Origin: a virus
Taxonomy: Duplodnaviria > Heunggongvirae > Uroviricota > Caudoviricetes
DNA: 52,177 nt
Reading direction: 5' to 3' (one strand)
IMG/VR virus record: IMGVR_UViG_2563366958_000018
The notes beneath the pieces are model-generated. The model did no database searches. It saw only the letters and a program-made list of their open reading frames with translations, and had not been told where the DNA came from. Position 1 is the stretch's first letter. Every line of letters starts with the position of its first letter. Of this stretch, positions 49,426 to 52,177 are shown in pieces. A program made the position numbers and the translations under genes.

Positions 49426-49851
49426 TTAGCTTGAATAGGTAGTTGGTATTTTGAGCATATGGCCAATCTCTTCGAGATGCTTAGATGGATTCTCCCCAGT
49501 CTTACCTTCATGTATTGACGCTATATAGTTCAAATTTTGAGCTGCCCCAAGAATCTCGGTGGCTGATGGAACAAGACGAAAGCCGATATGTAACTTTTTG
49601 ATATAGAAAGGTAAAGTGGAATATTTCGCCATTAACTGTGCTGCGGAATCTTTTAGATCATGAATGATTTCTGGCTTTAAGTTCGAGCCAGGATTCACTA
49701 TTTTTGCTTGGTTACACAATAACAGATTGGATATTTTCCCTAGCTGTTCCCTGAATGAAATGTAAGGCTCAATAGCTCCTTTGACGATGAGTTGGCCTAG
49801 AACAAAAACACTTACACCAGTGACCACGGTGACAAAAGCAGATGAACTCAT
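49426..49851 (-). CDS. Single-pass membrane protein (141 aa), hypothetical
   Basis: N-terminal hydrophobic helix AFVTVVTGVSVFVLGQLIV; divergent from an HTH gene. Confidence 0.45.
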   Translation of the reverse strand: MSSSAFVTVVTGVSVFVLGQLIVKGAIEPYISFREQLGKISNLLLCNQAKIVNPGSNLKPEIIHDLKDSAAQLMAKYSTLPFYIKKLHIGFRLVPSATEILGAAQNLNYIASIHEGKTGENPSKHLEEIGHMLKIPTTYSS

Positions 49852-49952
49852 TTTTTACCTAAAGCCTAAAGATTGGATTGTTAATACATCTTATTTTGTC
49901 GTGAGTGGCTATGTCTAATTTATTGAATATCTAGGGAAAGGTAGAGGATGTA

Positions 49953-50213
49953 ATGACGGGTTACGAATTGAAATTATGGCGTCGTGGGATGAACTGGACG
50001 CAGGAGCGAGCCGCCGAAGAGTTTGGGATATCGTTGGCTACATATAAGCGATATGAGAAGGGTGAGCCGCCGAGGGTCATTGAGATGGCCATTCGCGTTC
50101 TGTCGTTTGACGATATGGTTAAGGATCTTTCACACCTTGATAAAGATGTGATTCTGTTAAGGCTGCAAACCCTTGTATGGGAAAAGGTTAAAGTGTCGTC
50201 AGAATTGGAATAA
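49953..50213 (+). CDS. XRE-family HTH transcriptional regulator (86 aa)
   Basis: HTH (MNWTQERAAEEFGISLATYKRYEKG); GAGGA RBS. Confidence 0.55.
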   Translation: MTGYELKLWRRGMNWTQERAAEEFGISLATYKRYEKGEPPRVIEMAIRVLSFDDMVKDLSHLDKDVILLRLQTLVWEKVKVSSELE

Positions 50214-50275
50214 GGGATCAAATGATCCTTTACGGATCGTTTTATGGTGGTGTAATGTAAGCGCCAGAAAGACAA

Positions 50276-50300
50276 AAACCGCCTTGCCGGGCGGTTTTCA
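50276..50300 (+). terminator. Rho-independent terminator
   Basis: CCGCC-TTGCCG-GGCGG then TTTTCAG. Confidence 0.45.
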
Positions 50301-51010
50301 GTCTGAAATTTAAATCTTGCTTGGTAGGCTGGATTTAAAAAGACACCTCTTGATTGGGGCGGCTTTCTTGCGTCTAAAGATAATCAAATCTTTTTGCGCC
50401 TGCAACCCCTTTTTTACTGGTGCCCATTTCAGACTCACGCTCGCGTCGTTGTCTTTGCCACTTCGTTGGGTTCGGTGTTTTTGGGCGAAGTGGCGCGCGG
50501 GTATGCGTACAAGGGGAAAGTGTGCTGACGCAAGCCAGGAACAGCGATCTAAACTAAGTCGAGTCTGAGAAAGGCAGGAGTGCGACAACTCGCCTGTGCT
50601 CTATGAGCAGAAGAAGGTATATCAGACGACCAATGGCATGATTGTGGGCCACAGGGCGCACACGGCGGCGAAGCATTGGAAACAATGTGGAGCTATCTGG
50701 TGGCATGAGTTCCGGTACTCGATCTCGAGCTTTTTTTGATGCTTTTGAGAAGGGGCCGGAACTCCGGTAAAGGGCACCCTGTATGGGGGGAGGGGGGGTT
50801 GTGTCTGAAGGGTGGTTATCGGTTATGGTGGAATTATGATGCGTAGAAAAGCGAGTTTGCTGCAAGCTATTGGGTCCATTATTTCTTTGTTTCCGGCAGT
50901 TGATCATTTTCGTCATATGGCGACGCGTTCCAGTATGGGCTTGGCGCGTGATGCTGACGCTATTCGAAAGGATTTTCAGAAAGTCTCTGGCGTTGATAAG
51001 AGAGAAAAGA

Positions 51011-51032
51011 GTAAGGGGCCGTAGCCCCTTGT
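51011..51032 (-). terminator. Hairpin terminator downstream of the antirepressor gene
   Basis: AAGGGGC-CGTA-GCCCCTT, T-rich tract on the minus strand. Confidence 0.4.
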
Positions 51033-51034
51033 AG

Positions 51035-52177
51035 TTATGGTCTGCTTTTCTGTGCCAGCTTATCAGCACATGTTTTTATCAGATCCTGTAGTGTCTTGGC
51101 TGGCAGGTTTGCATCCAGTACGCTGAGTATGCTGTTGTGATCAGCTTGGTCGACTACTTTGCCTGTCGGTGGTAGTAGCTTGAGCTGAGGATTCAGGTTT
51201 TCGTCAAAGCTGATAAGTGCTCTGGCGTTTCTGAGCAGATCAAGAAGTAAGGCTGATATCACATTTTCCTGAGTCATTGCTGGCAGATTTAGCGCCGCTT
51301 TGGTTTTCCCTGTTGCCTTGTCAAACGCCTTGATTAGTTCCTTCCTGTAGTTCGGTTCCGTTAATAGCCGATTATGCTCTGTTGCCGCGCGGATAATCGT
51401 TTTTTCCTGGTACAGTCGTTTAGCCAGATCACGCTCGTACTGTGTTTTTAACACGCTGCTGATAGCGTTAAAGGCTTCAATGTAGGCCAGCTTGATATCT
51501 TTCACGCTTGGACCGTCGATGCTCTCCATGAGCAAGGTAAATCCGTCTTTTGTCATGCGATAGATTGTTATTTCGCGGTCGCTTCCTTCCAGCGGTCGTT
51601 GCTCTTTAAAGAAGTGACGCGCCGCAGCCGTGCGAGGAATGCGTAGCGCATCGATGGCCATAACGATGGAATTGTTTGTGGTGCTGAATGCTTGGGCAAC
51701 ATCGGCTGAGGTTGTGAGTGGCTCGTTGTTGCACACTTTAATGTAAAACATCGGTTTGGCGTTGAGCGTATCGACAACCTCACGAGCATTGTTTGGCGAG
51801 ACGGTTACGGTCGCGGCCGTTTGCGCGTTCTGGCTGAAATAGCAGTCTTCCAGCCGTTCGAATACATCCCACGCCTGATCGGTTTCGAGCATTTTGGCGT
51901 GACGTGCAGCCCCGCGTTCTGTCCAGAGAATGAGGGAGCGGGCATTTTTACCAACTAACCCGATTGTTTCAGGTCTGTTCTTGAACTCGCGTAATTCGTT
52001 TTTTTCAATTTTAAAGTAATGCTTTCCGGCTATGAATCGCGTCGTGTTGTTCAGAAAGTTATCAGAAATGTTTTTGATTTTTGTTCCGTATAACTGCGCC
52101 AGAAGTTCAGTTGTAATAACGGGGATCTGGTTATGCAAGATAGGCTGTAGGGTGTTAACGGTCGGAAGCGTTTTCAT
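51035..52177 (-). CDS. Phage antirepressor (AntA/ORF6N-type N-terminal domain, Rha-like central region)
   Basis: 380 aa; N-terminal ITTELLAQLYGTKIKNISDNFLNN...RFIAGKHYF; start codon is the last three bases of the window so the true start may lie beyond it. Confidence 0.7.
   Translation of the reverse strand: MKTLPTVNTLQPILHNQIPVITTELLAQLYGTKIKNISDNFLNNTTRFIAGKHYFKIEKNELREFKNRPETIGLVGKNARSLILWTERGAARHAKMLETDQAWDVFERLEDCYFSQNAQTAATVTVSPNNAREVVDTLNAKPMFYIKVCNNEPLTTSADVAQAFSTTNNSIVMAIDALRIPRTAAARHFFKEQRPLEGSDREITIYRMTKDGFTLLMESIDGPSVKDIKLAYIEAFNAISSVLKTQYERDLAKRLYQEKTIIRAATEHNRLLTEPNYRKELIKAFDKATGKTKAALNLPAMTQENVISALLLDLLRNARALISFDENLNPQLKLLPPTGKVVDQADHNSILSVLDANLPAKTLQDLIKTCADKLAQKSRP

Noticed and set aside
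50554-51069. 171-codon minus-strand ORF downstream of the antirepressor gene
   Set aside because: Low-complexity translation, no RBS, overlaps the terminator hairpin and G-tract; more likely non-coding.

Overview
This window reads as a largely contiguous phage-plasmid-like replicon carrying two Tn3-family insertions. Left to right: (1) a complete Tn3-family (Tn1000/gamma-delta-like) tnpA ending in its 38-bp inverted repeat (1-3042); (2) a structured non-coding stretch, then a ParA/ParG-type partition operon flanked by AT-rich palindromic repeats (4217-5290); (3) a lambdoid immunity and early region: LexA-like CI repressor, ACCAC-N5-GTGGT operators, Cro-like gene, nin-like small genes and a Q-like gene (5313-8961); (4) a long rightward gene block with an accessory operon, a lysis cassette (holin, GH108 endolysin, spanins), a tRNA with CAU anticodon, an MT-A70 methyltransferase and three ParB/Srx-domain proteins, one fused to a SAM methyltransferase (9131-21834); (5) lambda-like packaging and head genes joined to a Mu/P2-like contractile tail ending in a P2 gpH-like tail fibre (21834-43127); (6) a degenerate Tn3 remnant carrying blaTEM-1, flanked by a 5-bp target duplication and splitting a hexapeptide acetyltransferase gene (43091-45222); (7) an IncFII/I-complex-type RepA replicon with hairpin-rich leader and DnaA box, a HigB/HigA-like toxin-antitoxin pair, a membrane protein with divergent HTH regulator, and an antirepressor (45638-52177). 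No single novel multi-gene system could be established from sequence alone. The strongest candidates for undescribed biology are a ~110-bp promoter/operator/leader cassette present three times in front of unrelated genes, a dispersed AT-rich palindrome shared with the partition locus, a CI-type operator in the repA promoter, and the ParB/Srx-methyltransferase cluster. All calls rest on reading the sequence and recalled family signatures; no database search was run.
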